From Candidatus Lokiarchaeum ossiferum (GTDB lineage: Archaea; Asgardarchaeota; Lokiarchaeia; Sigyniarchaeales; Promethearchaeaceae): DNA of 32,000 nucleotides. The stretch is taken from contig CP104013.1 in assembly GCA_025839675.1 (NCBI GenBank), forward strand, positions 2,280,001 to 2,312,000, read 5' to 3'. Position numbers and translations under genes: made by a program. Numbering within the stretch: the first letter of the stretch is position 1; each line of letters begins with the position of its first letter. Below the pieces are notes generated by a model. It was given only the letters and a program-made list of their open reading frames with translations. It was not told where the DNA came from and searched no databases. Of the stretch, positions 17,343-26,932 are shown one piece after another.

Positions 17343-17362
17343 TTTTTTTGTCGTTATTTTTT
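17343..17362 (+). terminator. Oligo-T tracts (T7, T6) after the coiled-coil gene
   Basis: tcTTTTTTTgtcgttaTTTTTTcccc, about 20 nt after the stop. Confidence 0.45.
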
Positions 17363-17475
17363 CCCCGCTTTTTCAAGTAATCTAAAAAATAACAAAAGTC
17401 CTTGGTGTTTTTAGTGATTTCTCGTTGTTTATATCTATAGATTACAAAATATGGTTTATCATAAAAGTGAAAAAA

Positions 17476-17769
17476 ATGTTCCTAAAACACGCACCCTATT
17501 ATTCCATGCAATTTCCTCGCCGAAATACAACCATCATCCCTCAAAATGAAGAAGAAATGCAAAAAATTGTCCAAATTCTTTCAAGATCAAACATTTCATA
17601 CGATTCATCGACCAAAGGTCGGATTATTATCAAAATGAAACCAATTGATACTTTATTAAAAATTGATCATTATTTAAAAGAAAATAAAGCAAATGAACTT
17701 TTTAATAGTAAATTAGCTAATATTATCAAAAATGATTTCAAAACCATCTCGTTACTAAAAGCTTTGTAA
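17476..17769 (+). CDS. Hypothetical small protein (97 aa from ATG 17476)
   Basis: ORF bracketed by oligo-T tracts on both sides. The track start is TTG 17425, and I prefer the first ATG. No motif recognised. Confidence 0.4.
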   Translation: MFLKHAPYYSMQFPRRNTTIIPQNEEEMQKIVQILSRSNISYDSSTKGRIIIKMKPIDTLLKIDHYLKENKANELFNSKLANIIKNDFKTISLLKAL

Positions 17770-17797
17770 TATTTTTTAGTTATAAGCCACCTCCGCC

Positions 17798-17816
17798 TTT
17801 TTTATCTTTTTTTTTT
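17798..17816 (+). terminator. Oligo-T tracts (T6, T10) after the small ORF
   Basis: gccTTTTTTatcTTTTTTTTTTaac. Confidence 0.45.
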
Positions 17817-17863
17817 AACAAATAAAATTCATAAGGATCATCGTTCTAGTTAATTTGCAGTTT

Positions 17864-19657
17864 ATGAAATTCCCTACCAAAAAAATGTTTCATAATTTTT
17901 CCTACAAAACGAATCTAATAGTCGCATTTATTTTAGTTCTTATGCCCGTTTTTGTAGCTACTTCAATTTTTGTATATTCCAATAGCAAAAATAGGGCGGA
18001 GGCAGATTTTGAACAGTCGAAAATAAGATGTGAGTATGAAATCACTAGTACAATAAAATTGGTAGATGAAGGTTGGAAAATTTTTGAAAAATCTTTAGAA
18101 CAAAACATGATTGATGCATTTGAAGTGTTTGAAGCTGCATATAATGCATCGGGTTCAAATCCAGCCGAAATGAATTTAACAGCACTCCGGTCGGAAATTG
18201 GATTTAAATACGATTTATATATTATTAATGCTTCGGGAGTTATTATAGCTACAACCTATAAAACAGATCTATATTTGGATTTCTCCAATTTAACCACATT
18301 TTTTGCGATATTAACAGAAATTCGACAAGGTGATCAGTTTGTGTCTGATCGAATCACCACAGAAACACTAACTGGGATATTACGAAAATTTGCTTATATG
18401 CCTACACCGGATCATCAGTATTTATTGGAATTAGGGTTAGTTTCGGATGAATTCTCTTCTACAATTGATGAATTGAATTATTTAAACATTGCAGATAAAT
18501 TAATTCCCTTAGATCCCTACTTAGAAAATATCCGGATCTTCGACCGTTTGGCGTATCAAGAAGGACTTTCGGATTTTCAACCATCTCCAGAATTATTTGA
18601 TATCGTAAGATCTGTCTATGAAACTGGAAACAAATATGAATTTAAAAATGAGACCACAGGTCAATTGATCAAATATATTTTTGTTGACTTGAGTGATCCG
18701 AATTATCCGAGTAATATATCAAAAATCGTAGAAATTACATATAATAACAATTTGATTGAAGAAGAATTATTAGAATTACGGATTCAATTTATTTTCGCCA
18801 ATTTGCTTATAGTAAGTGTGATTTTAATCATAGTAATAGTCATCACAAAAATTTTCACAGCTCCCATTAATGAAATTGTTCAAGGTGTGAATGAAATAGC
18901 CAAGGGAGATCTAAATTATGTTATTGCCACCAAAACTCAAACAGATCTTCAGTCCATAGTAGAAAGTATCAATCTTATGGTTCGAGAACGGAAACGGATT
19001 GATGACGAGTTATTGCAGGAAGGAATAAATTTAAAAAAATCGTTAGAAGACAAGGAAATACTCCTAAAAGAAATTCATCATCGTGTTAAAAATAATTTAC
19101 AAATAATTTCAAGCTTAGCAAGATTGCAAAAAAATAGCGATATATCGACAGATATTATTCAGGCAAACAAAGATTTCCAAAATAGAATTCAAATAATGGC
19201 AATGATCCACGAAATATTATATGGTTCAAACGATATGGAATTTATTAATCTGGATCAGTATGTTACTCAATTAGTTGATTTTCTCTTTCGATCTTTCCAA
19301 ATTTCTAAATCAGAAATTCTTGTTGAAATTGAAATTGATGAAATACGATTAAATTTAGATCAAGGGGTATTATGTGGAATAATTATCAATGAAATTATCA
19401 CAAATGCCTTGAAGTATGCTTTTCCCAAGAAGTCTCTCTCCAATACTATTCATATCAATATCGAAGAACAAAATAACGGAACGATCACAATGGTTTTTAG
19501 CGATAATGGTGTGGGATTACCTTTAGACTTTGATCATGTCACAAGTAAGACTTTGGGAATGCAACTTATATATGGCTTGTCAAAACAGTTAGGAGGATCA
19601 ATATCAGTATACCGAGATAGTGGTCTAAGATATGAAATTAGCTTCAAAAAAATATAA
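17864..19657 (+). CDS. Membrane sensor histidine kinase (periplasmic-type sensor domain, HAMP, HisKA_2, HATPase_c)
   Basis: Two hydrophobic segments ([21 protein letters not shown]; [19 protein letters not shown]) flank a roughly 270-aa loop. HAMP-like [22 protein letters not shown]. Phospho-acceptor box [20 protein letters not shown] (HisKA_2 type). N and G boxes [14 protein letters not shown] and [12 protein letters not shown] 17864 is preferred over TTG 17855. Confidence 0.85.
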   Translation: MKFPTKKMFHNFSYKTNLIVAFILVLMPVFVATSIFVYSNSKNRAEADFEQSKIRCEYEITSTIKLVDEGWKIFEKSLEQNMIDAFEVFEAAYNASGSNPAEMNLTALRSEIGFKYDLYIINASGVIIATTYKTDLYLDFSNLTTFFAILTEIRQGDQFVSDRITTETLTGILRKFAYMPTPDHQYLLELGLVSDEFSSTIDELNYLNIADKLIPLDPYLENIRIFDRLAYQEGLSDFQPSPELFDIVRSVYETGNKYEFKNETTGQLIKYIFVDLSDPNYPSNISKIVEITYNNNLIEEELLELRIQFIFANLLIVSVILIIVIVITKIFTAPINEIVQGVNEIAKGDLNYVIATKTQTDLQSIVESINLMVRERKRIDDELLQEGINLKKSLEDKEILLKEIHHRVKNNLQIISSLARLQKNSDISTDIIQANKDFQNRIQIMAMIHEILYGSNDMEFINLDQYVTQLVDFLFRSFQISKSEILVEIEIDEIRLNLDQGVLCGIIINEIITNALKYAFPKKSLSNTIHINIEEQNNGTITMVFSDNGVGLPLDFDHVTSKTLGMQLIYGLSKQLGGSISVYRDSGLRYEISFKKI

Positions 19658-19678
19658 TTTATCGTGATTGATCGAATA

Positions 19679-19688
19679 GATTATATAC
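19679..19688 (+). promoter_or_regulatory. TATA-like box about 26 nt upstream of the RING-like gene's ATG (leaderless-type spacing)
   Basis: gATTATATAc centred about 26 nt before ATG 19710. Confidence 0.35.
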
Positions 19689-19709
19689 GATATTCGCCCA
19701 TCATTTGTT

Positions 19710-19931
19710 ATGCATAATATTCCTTCCCCGAAACTACCACCATCCCCTCCAACGACAAAAGCGATAAAGAAAGAAAATTTTTGTATGATTCATAAAGGAC
19801 CTATCCAAGGGGAAACTTATACATGTAAATGCGGTGCACAAATGTGTAGAAATTGTGCAACAGAACGGAAGAATAATTCTCAAAACCGATTATGCCCTGT
19901 CTGTTCCTCAGTCATTTTTCTGAAGTCTTGA
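19710..19931 (+). CDS. Small Pro-rich protein with RING-like cross-brace zinc finger
   Basis: C25-x2-H28-x10-C39-x-C41-x4-C46-x2-C49-x12-C62-P-V-C65 provides eight ligands with RING-like spacing and a terminal CPxC. Confidence 0.55.
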   Translation: MHNIPSPKLPPSPPTTKAIKKENFCMIHKGPIQGETYTCKCGAQMCRNCATERKNNSQNRLCPVCSSVIFLKS

Positions 19932-19940
19932 ATGAAAAGC

Positions 19941-21380
19941 TTAAATTCCTAATTTCTTCTTAAGAGCGTTTGCTTTGGTGATCATTTCTAGGATTTGAGA
20001 TTTATTGAGTGTTTCAGTCTCCATGAGGACCTCATGGCAATTAAACTGATCGTAATCTGTATTGATCACGGTAATGCCATATTTTTCAGGATGTAATACT
20101 AGATCAGACCCTGGATAAGGTGTAGTTACGAAGAAATTGACATGATCAATCCCTTTTTCAAATGGTAGCTTCTCGGCAAATTCTAATGTTTGTTGAAATC
20201 GTTCTGGAGTATCCCCGGGCAACCCTATCACAAAATAAGCTTGAATTGCAATTCCAGCGTTTTTCATGATATGAATACCCTCGGCGACTTTATCGGGGTT
20301 TTGAAACTTAAAATTGGTTCGAAGCACTTCAGGAGAAGCAGATTCAATACCCGTAGCAATCAATTTACCATTAGATTGTCTCACTTTATGAGCCTCTTCA
20401 GTAGTAATCACATCCGCTCGGAGTTCAGCCCCCCATGGAAGCATTTTTTCTCGAGTAATTAGCTCATCCAAAAAATAATTAAAGTATTTGTGGTTAATAT
20501 TGATGTTGTCGTAAAAATTAATGAAACGATAGGTGGATCCCGAGAGAATATAATCTACTTCTTGCATAACTTGTTCTACTGATCGAATTCGCATTTTAGG
20601 AAAAAGTTTGGTGCGGGAACAGAAAGAACACTGGTTTGGACATCCACGATTAACGATAATATCGGCAACGGAATATACTCGTGAGATTAGATGTCGAGCG
20701 GGAAGAGGCAATTGATCTAAATTTGTCGGTTCAGGAAACCCAGAATAGATCACTTGCCTTACTCCGTCATCTGTTGGGGATTGATCTAAGAAAGTAATCC
20801 CTTTTGGTTTGGATGGAGTTTGGTTAATCCTTTGAAAAAGCAGTTCTTTTGAATTTAATGATTGTGAGAGCAAATGTGTTTCATTATCATAAACAAAATC
20901 AATATAAGGTTTAATTAAAAGCTGATCTACAACCCAAGGTAAAGAATTTTCAGCTTCTCCCACAAAAATCATATCTACAAATGGATACTTAATAAGAATT
21001 CGCTGATATTCAAAAGATACATGTGGTCCCCCTAAGGTCAAAAATAAATTAGGGTTAGTATTTTTCATTATAGAGGCTAATTCCATAACTGCAGAGAAAG
21101 TATTTGTAAGAGCAGTCAACCCTACAAATCGATATTTCAGTGCTTGATACTTTAAATAGCCAATTGGATCTTCCAAAATAGTACAATCAATTATTTCGAC
21201 CGAATATCCTTTTTTTTCGAGTATTTGAGCTAAGAGCATTAATCCAGTAGGGGGTTCTCGAAGAAATTGATCTACATATTCTAAAATTCCACCCCTATAT
21301 CGAGCGGACTGTTCAAAATTTCTTTGAGCTGAATCTTCTGAAAATTCTGTTTTCCAATTAATCAAAGCAATATCGATCAT
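19941..21380 (-). CDS. B12-binding-domain radical SAM enzyme (class B)
   Basis: CPNQCSFCS is the CxxxCxxC cluster motif. The N-terminal region (LMLLAQILEKKGYSVEIIDC...VGLTALT...LGGPHVS) has a B12-binding Rossmann layout. ATG 21380 (MIDIALINW) is preferred over the track's TTG 21407. Confidence 0.9.
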   Translation of the reverse strand: MIDIALINWKTEFSEDSAQRNFEQSARYRGGILEYVDQFLREPPTGLMLLAQILEKKGYSVEIIDCTILEDPIGYLKYQALKYRFVGLTALTNTFSAVMELASIMKNTNPNLFLTLGGPHVSFEYQRILIKYPFVDMIFVGEAENSLPWVVDQLLIKPYIDFVYDNETHLLSQSLNSKELLFQRINQTPSKPKGITFLDQSPTDDGVRQVIYSGFPEPTNLDQLPLPARHLISRVYSVADIIVNRGCPNQCSFCSRTKLFPKMRIRSVEQVMQEVDYILSGSTYRFINFYDNININHKYFNYFLDELITREKMLPWGAELRADVITTEEAHKVRQSNGKLIATGIESASPEVLRTNFKFQNPDKVAEGIHIMKNAGIAIQAYFVIGLPGDTPERFQQTLEFAEKLPFEKGIDHVNFFVTTPYPGSDLVLHPEKYGITVINTDYDQFNCHEVLMETETLNKSQILEMITKANALKKKLGI

Positions 21381-21383
21381 AGA

Positions 21384-21456
21384 ACTTAAGTAAAAAAAAC
21401 AAACCAAAAAATAAGGATTTTACTTAAGTTAAAAAACAAATCAAAAATAAGAATTT
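21384..21456. repeat. Tandem imperfect direct repeat (37 + 35 nt, period 38), each unit headed by the 8-bp palindrome ACTTAAGT
   Basis: R1 at 21384-21420 is acttaagtaaaaaaaacaaaccaaaaaataaggattt. R2 at 21422-21456 is acttaagttaaaaaacaaatcaaaaataagaattt. R1 starts 4 nt upstream of the radical SAM start codon. Confidence 0.8.
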
Positions 21457-21676
21457 CGCGATATTTTTTTTGCAAAATTTTTGATTTCTATTAAAAGAGA
21501 CATTTTTGGAAAATTTCTATTTTGGTTCATCTCAAATCGGATAACCTAAAAGCAAAATTAGAACACACATTTCTGACACTCGAATCCCATTTATGAAATG
21601 ATCTTGGAAGAATTCCAATAGAGGACCATATATTGCGATTTATGTTTATTTGATACGATACTTAAAGTGAACAATT

Positions 21677-24148
21677 ATGAAATTAAAAATCAATATTAAT
21701 AGCTTTCGAGTTAAAATGCTGCTGATAGCAATAGTAATGCCCGCAATTTTTATGTTAGGTATGAATATTATCAGCGGTTTAACCGTAAGGAATAATATTA
21801 CAGCTTTTGTTGAGAATGAAATTCAATTAAACTCAGAACAGGTGGCTTTATTAGTCGAAGAAGGAGATAAAAATCTGGAGAGAGCGTATTTTAATGCAAA
21901 CGAAAGTTTCGATACTCAAATTCGAGATCAAGTCTATTCACTCTACTCAGACATTGAATTCTATTACAATGAGGTCCAAGAAGGAAGACTGAACACATCA
22001 GAAGCACAAATATTGGCTAAAAATTTAACTAATAATAAGCGATATGGGGAAGATCTGTCTCAATATTTTTGGATTTATAACAGCACTCACCATTCAATTG
22101 CCCATGGAACACATCCAGAACGATATGGATTATCCTATTCGACAAGCCAAACTGCTATCGATTTTGTGGACATGGCTTTAAATTCTAATGATAATGAGGG
22201 ATATGTATTTTATGCCCAAGTAGGAACCGATATCTTGAAAAAAGCATTTGTGAAAGGTTTTGAACCTTGGGGATGGGCAGTTTGTACAGGTACAACATTA
22301 GCGAATATTGAAAATGAATTTGCTGCTTTAAAAAATGAAACTGTTTCAGATCTTAAAACAAATCTAGCTTCCATGGAAGTACTGGACGGAGGATATATTG
22401 CAATTTTAGATAGTAATGAATCCGTAATATATCATCCAGATAAATCGGTTGAGGGAACAACATTTACCGCTTTGGATGAAATCTCAGGGGATCGACTTTC
22501 CAGTAAAATGTTTACAACCGACACCGGTTTTTTGGAATACGGATATCAAGGAGATGTGAAATTGATGTATGTCGCCCACGTAGAAGGAGACTATTTAGAT
22601 TACTATGTATTTTCTGCTGTAACTAAAGATGCAATTACTTCCTCCGTTCGAGCGACCACAAATATTCAATATATTGTTATGGGTGCAGGAATTGCAATTA
22701 TGATTGTCATCGGATTGTTTTTTGCCCAGAGTATGAGTAATCCAATCATTGATTTAACTTCAAAATCAAAAATGATAGCCAACCAAGAATATGTCGAAAA
22801 TGTCCAAAACGATCGGAAAGATGAAATAGGCGAACTTTCTGTAGCTTTAGGAGAAATGGTAAAGAATATACAAAATCAAATAGAATATAACCGAGCAATC
22901 ATCGATACATCTCCTAATCCACAAATATTATTGGATGAAGCTTATAATATTGTTGATGTAAATGTAGAAACAACAAAAATTTTAGGTATTTCAAAAGATC
23001 AGATCATTGGAGAACCAATTAGAATTGTATTTGGAAATTCAGCGGAATATGAAGAAGCAATTGATAAAATTCGAAAAGAAAATAAGCTAAAAGATTATCA
23101 AATGACTCCAAAATCAAAACAAGGCACGCAATATCGCATGCTATCAGATCTTGATATCATGAATGATAAAAAGGGAAATTTTCTAGGTTATTTAATGACT
23201 TTTTCAGACATAACAAGCATAATCACCTTGATTGATAATGTGAAAGGAGTTGCAAATGAAGTTTCTGCCATGGCTCAACAATTAAGTGAATCCTCCAATC
23301 AAATAAATATTTCAATTCAAGAGATCACATCTGGGTCCCAAGATGTAGCCCGAGGGGCCCAACATCAAACACAGTCAGTGAATCAAATTTCTAACGCAGT
23401 CTCCGATGTGCAAAATGAAAGTCAAGTTTTAGTTTCCCGAACATTGAAAATTGCAACAGAATCTAAAGAAGGACAGGAAATGGCCCAAGAAGGAAAAACT
23501 TTGACAAATTCATTAGCAAATCAAATTGAAGAAATTAACAAAGGTGCGGGTTATGTGGCAGAAGTAATGGGATCTTTATCAAAGAAGAGCAGTGCAATAA
23601 ATAAAATCGTTGATGTCATTTCAGGTATTGCAACCGAAACGAATTTGTTAGCTTTGAACGCAGCCATTGAAGCTGCACGAGCAGGAGATGCGGGGAAAGG
23701 ATTTGCCGTAGTTGCAGAACAAGTCCGAAAACTGGCTGAAGATTCCAAGCAAGCAGCAGATCAGATCAACGAATTGATAAGTGCCATCCAAACTGAAGTC
23801 TCACTTGCGGTTAGTGCAACTGATGAAACAGTTTTACAGGTCAAAAATGGAAAAAATGCCTTAGAGGGAACTTCCACAAAATTGGATGCCCTTTTTGAAA
23901 TAATAAATAAAACCGATTTAGGTATTCAAGATGCGATTCAGTCTATTAAAGCAAGTGATGAAAACATTAATGAAATTGCATCCAATGTCCAAAATATTAA
24001 CGCTGTAATTGAGCAATCATCAGGCACAGCCCAAGAACTGTCATCCTCAACAGAAGAAATGGCATCAACGCTCGAAGAAATGAGTGCTGCAGCAGAAGAA
24101 TTAAATGCCGCCGCTGAACGACTATTTATTGAAGTTGATAAAATTTAA
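21677..24148 (+). CDS. Methyl-accepting chemotaxis protein (TM, double Cache-like sensor, TM, HAMP, PAS, MCP signalling domain)
   Basis: Signalling hairpin [36 protein letters not shown]. Cache-like [22 protein letters not shown] and [23 protein letters not shown]-like [25 protein letters not shown]. Two hydrophobic segments. Confidence 0.92.
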   Translation: MKLKININSFRVKMLLIAIVMPAIFMLGMNIISGLTVRNNITAFVENEIQLNSEQVALLVEEGDKNLERAYFNANESFDTQIRDQVYSLYSDIEFYYNEVQEGRLNTSEAQILAKNLTNNKRYGEDLSQYFWIYNSTHHSIAHGTHPERYGLSYSTSQTAIDFVDMALNSNDNEGYVFYAQVGTDILKKAFVKGFEPWGWAVCTGTTLANIENEFAALKNETVSDLKTNLASMEVLDGGYIAILDSNESVIYHPDKSVEGTTFTALDEISGDRLSSKMFTTDTGFLEYGYQGDVKLMYVAHVEGDYLDYYVFSAVTKDAITSSVRATTNIQYIVMGAGIAIMIVIGLFFAQSMSNPIIDLTSKSKMIANQEYVENVQNDRKDEIGELSVALGEMVKNIQNQIEYNRAIIDTSPNPQILLDEAYNIVDVNVETTKILGISKDQIIGEPIRIVFGNSAEYEEAIDKIRKENKLKDYQMTPKSKQGTQYRMLSDLDIMNDKKGNFLGYLMTFSDITSIITLIDNVKGVANEVSAMAQQLSESSNQINISIQEITSGSQDVARGAQHQTQSVNQISNAVSDVQNESQVLVSRTLKIATESKEGQEMAQEGKTLTNSLANQIEEINKGAGYVAEVMGSLSKKSSAINKIVDVISGIATETNLLALNAAIEAARAGDAGKGFAVVAEQVRKLAEDSKQAADQINELISAIQTEVSLAVSATDETVLQVKNGKNALEGTSTKLDALFEIINKTDLGIQDAIQSIKASDENINEIASNVQNINAVIEQSSGTAQELSSSTEEMASTLEEMSAAAEELNAAAERLFIEVDKI

Positions 24149-24154
24149 CCTACC

Positions 24155-24165
24155 TTTTTTTTTTT
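24155..24165 (+). terminator. T11 tract 7 nt after the MCP stop
   Basis: taacctaccTTTTTTTTTTTaatc. Confidence 0.55.
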
Positions 24166-24420
24166 AATCAATTTTGCACTGTTGACACTTCATCTTCAAC
24201 AACCGTTACAGAAACGTATGATTGGTAATAATGCTTTTATAGGTTATTATTTATAGTAATGTTATGAATTTCTTTGTCGTTATTACAGGAAAAATTTTGT
24301 TAATCAAGACAACTTATCCTTTCTGGACAAAGATTTGCCCCTTTTTTACCCATTACTAATTCAAATTGAAGTTATTATTGACATTTTCACCCAAGTAACC
24401 ATAAGCGAAGGAACAATTGA

Positions 24421-25239
24421 ATGAAAGTTACATTATATTACTTTTCAGGCACAGGAAATACGCAATTAATCTGTAATTCTATGAAGGAAGAATTTAAAAA
24501 AGCAAATTACTCCGTCAACTTGATCCCGATTGAGAATGCTAAACCCAATCTATTACCTCAAGCAGATATATACGGAATAGCCTTCCCGATCGCAATTCAT
24601 ACAACTTATCCCTTTGTACGGAGATTTATTGAAGCGCTTCCATTGAATGAAGCACACAGCATTTTTGCACTATCAACAATGGCAGGTACTCGTACAGGGT
24701 TATTTAATTATTTTCTAAATCTCCAGAAAAAGAGAAATTTTCAGATTTTAGGGTTGAAAAATATTAGGATGCCAAACAATTATTTTCCAAAACAGATAAT
24801 TGTTGAAGAAAATGAGAAAAGAATTGAGCGAGGAATAGAATCGGCTGAAAAATTTGCTCAAGATATCATTACCAGAGAAATTTTTAAATACAAAAAAGAT
24901 TTTCTTTCAAGACTTTTTAATCCCGTTGGAAATTCGAAATGGTTATGGACATTAATTAAAAAAATGTATAACTTCAAAATTATTGAAGATAAGTGTCAAA
25001 TCTGTCAAATCTGTATAAAGGAATGCCCCACCAAGAATTTCGAGTTAATCGAAAACCAGGTTTTGCGAAAAAACAATTGCGAATTGTGTCTCCGGTGTCT
25101 CGCCTTGTGTCCAAATAATGCAATCCAAGTTAATAAAAAATCATATGTAATCTACAAACGAAATCGTGAACAATTGATGGCAAATTTTAAAGAGAAGGTA
25201 ATCCTTACATCTTCTGTTATAGATTATGAACATAGATGA
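24421..25239 (+). CDS. EFR1-type flavodoxin-like / 2x[4Fe-4S] ferredoxin fusion protein
   Basis: N-terminal MKVTLYYFSGTGNT (flavodoxin-like phosphate loop). C-terminal CQICQICIKECP and CELCLRCLALCP cluster motifs. Confidence 0.85.
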   Translation: MKVTLYYFSGTGNTQLICNSMKEEFKKANYSVNLIPIENAKPNLLPQADIYGIAFPIAIHTTYPFVRRFIEALPLNEAHSIFALSTMAGTRTGLFNYFLNLQKKRNFQILGLKNIRMPNNYFPKQIIVEENEKRIERGIESAEKFAQDIITREIFKYKKDFLSRLFNPVGNSKWLWTLIKKMYNFKIIEDKCQICQICIKECPTKNFELIENQVLRKNNCELCLRCLALCPNNAIQVNKKSYVIYKRNREQLMANFKEKVILTSSVIDYEHR

Positions 25240-26932
25240 AGCAGTCTTTCAAAAGATAGGTACCCTTTTTTCTTCCTACCAATCTCTACAAGTTCCCGGA
25301 TTTGCAATAGGAATATTGAATGACGTTGGAGAATTAATTCATCATGCAGGTTTTGGTCAAGCAAATTTGGAACTTTTATCCCCAATCACAAAAAACACAG
25401 TATTTGATATCGGCTCCATGGCCAAGCAATTTGTAGGATTTCTTATCGCCATACTAATTGATGAAGGAAAGTTGTCCCCGACTCAGAAACTCTCATCCGT
25501 TTTTCCTTCTTGGCCAAAATTTTATGACAATATTGAAATCCAACATTTACTTTACCATACCAGCGGATTATGGAATTACACTACTTTATGTTATTATATA
25601 ATAGGTTATCATGAAACAGATGCTCCAACCAAAGAGGAAATAATTCAAATTCTACAACGCCAGCCTAAATATAAGTTTCATCCAGGTTCTCAATTTGAAT
25701 ATAACGATTCAAACTATTTCTTATTAGCCCTATTGCTGGAAAGAATTCTCCACAAACCTATTGATTTAATTGCCAAGGAACGGATTTTTGACCCCCTTCA
25801 AATGCACCAAACTCTATTTCGGACAACCCATGCTCAAGTAATTCCTAATCGAGCGGCAAGTTATGTATCTTATCCGATAAAATTCACAAGCCCATATACA
25901 TACGATCGTACTCTAGTTAAGGAAAAAAAATTCTTTACAAAAATCTCTAATTATGAACATGTAGGTGCAGAAGGAGTCTTTAGTTCAGTCAATGATCTAG
26001 CAATTTGGCAAAGAAATCTTCTTAATAACATATTAGGTAAAAATCCAAGCCATGTTTTAGAATTATTTATCTCTCCGGGAGAACTCAATTCTAGGGAATT
26101 AATATCCTATGGATATGGAATAGAAATACACGAATCCCAAGGAAAATCATTTATTGGACATTGTGGAGCGTTTCAAGGCTATACTTCATGCCTTTTAAAT
26201 TATTCAACCGAATTTTTTTCAATAATTGTCTTAGGTAATCATCTCATTGAAAATGCATGGAATGTTCGAGATAAAATCGCTTCAATTCTACGTAGTAATG
26301 AGAATTCAACACAAAAAGAACCTAAATTAAATAATCACGAAAAAATTATCCCAAATTCTCTATCAAGAGGATTTATTGGACGATATCAAAATCCAGACAC
26401 TTCCTCAATTATTTCAATTGAAGAAATTTGCAATAAATTGTGTATGAAAATAAATAGTGAAGTAAGTAAACCATTCCAATATCAAAAAGATGGAAATTTA
26501 TATTTCAATTCAGAAAACTGGGTACAATTTTCTAAATTCGTCAAGAAAATCCCAAAAATTTTGAAATATCATTTGGGATCGAAAATATTATGTTTTGAAA
26601 GATTTGTGAATGAATCATTGTTGCCAGAAAAATTAACAGAATATTTAGGGGAATACCATTGTGAAATTCTGAATACTAGTTTCCAAGTTAGAAATTATGA
26701 AGGAAAATTACTTCTGAAAAACAAAAATCCACATTTTTGTTCTCTTGATTTGCTTTATACCCCTACGATACCAGATTCTTTTGAAAGCTATGATCCCCAT
26801 CCTTATGCTATGTTCATAACTTTTCAAAGAGAAAAATCTATTGAAAAATCCGATAGAAGAAAAATCATAAGTTTTACATATCGAGATTATGATGGAGATA
26901 AAAGAGAAGAATTTGAATTCAAAAAATTATAG
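25226..26932 (+). CDS. Class-C beta-lactamase-family serine hydrolase with a roughly 200-aa C-terminal extension
   Basis: SxxK nucleophile motif in FDIGSMAKQF, plus YHTSGL, YNDSNY (YxN) and GHCGAFQGY. The tail carries two similar G.Y....(beta)-type modules (FIGRYQNPDTS..., YLGEYHCEILN...). The start overlaps the upstream gene by 14 nt. Confidence 0.88.
   Translation: MNIDEAVFQKIGTLFSSYQSLQVPGFAIGILNDVGELIHHAGFGQANLELLSPITKNTVFDIGSMAKQFVGFLIAILIDEGKLSPTQKLSSVFPSWPKFYDNIEIQHLLYHTSGLWNYTTLCYYIIGYHETDAPTKEEIIQILQRQPKYKFHPGSQFEYNDSNYFLLALLLERILHKPIDLIAKERIFDPLQMHQTLFRTTHAQVIPNRAASYVSYPIKFTSPYTYDRTLVKEKKFFTKISNYEHVGAEGVFSSVNDLAIWQRNLLNNILGKNPSHVLELFISPGELNSRELISYGYGIEIHESQGKSFIGHCGAFQGYTSCLLNYSTEFFSIIVLGNHLIENAWNVRDKIASILRSNENSTQKEPKLNNHEKIIPNSLSRGFIGRYQNPDTSSIISIEEICNKLCMKINSEVSKPFQYQKDGNLYFNSENWVQFSKFVKKIPKILKYHLGSKILCFERFVNESLLPEKLTEYLGEYHCEILNTSFQVRNYEGKLLLKNKNPHFCSLDLLYTPTIPDSFESYDPHPYAMFITFQREKSIEKSDRRKIISFTYRDYDGDKREEFEFKKL

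Noticed and set aside
17902-18108. 68-aa ORF antisense to the histidine kinase 5' region
   Set aside because: Shadow ORF inside a confidently assigned gene.
20190-20462. 90-aa ORF antisense to the radical SAM gene
   Set aside because: Shadow ORF inside a confidently assigned gene.
23551-23748. 65-aa Ala-rich ORF antisense to the MCP signalling domain
   Set aside because: The antisense of an Ala-rich (GCN) conserved region is naturally open. The MCP reading frame is unambiguous.
23600-23760. Locally GC-richer stretch in the MCP gene, considered as a sign of foreign DNA
   Set aside because: Explained by Ala/Gly-rich codons of the universally conserved signalling hairpin. Flanking parts of the same gene return to the AT-rich background.
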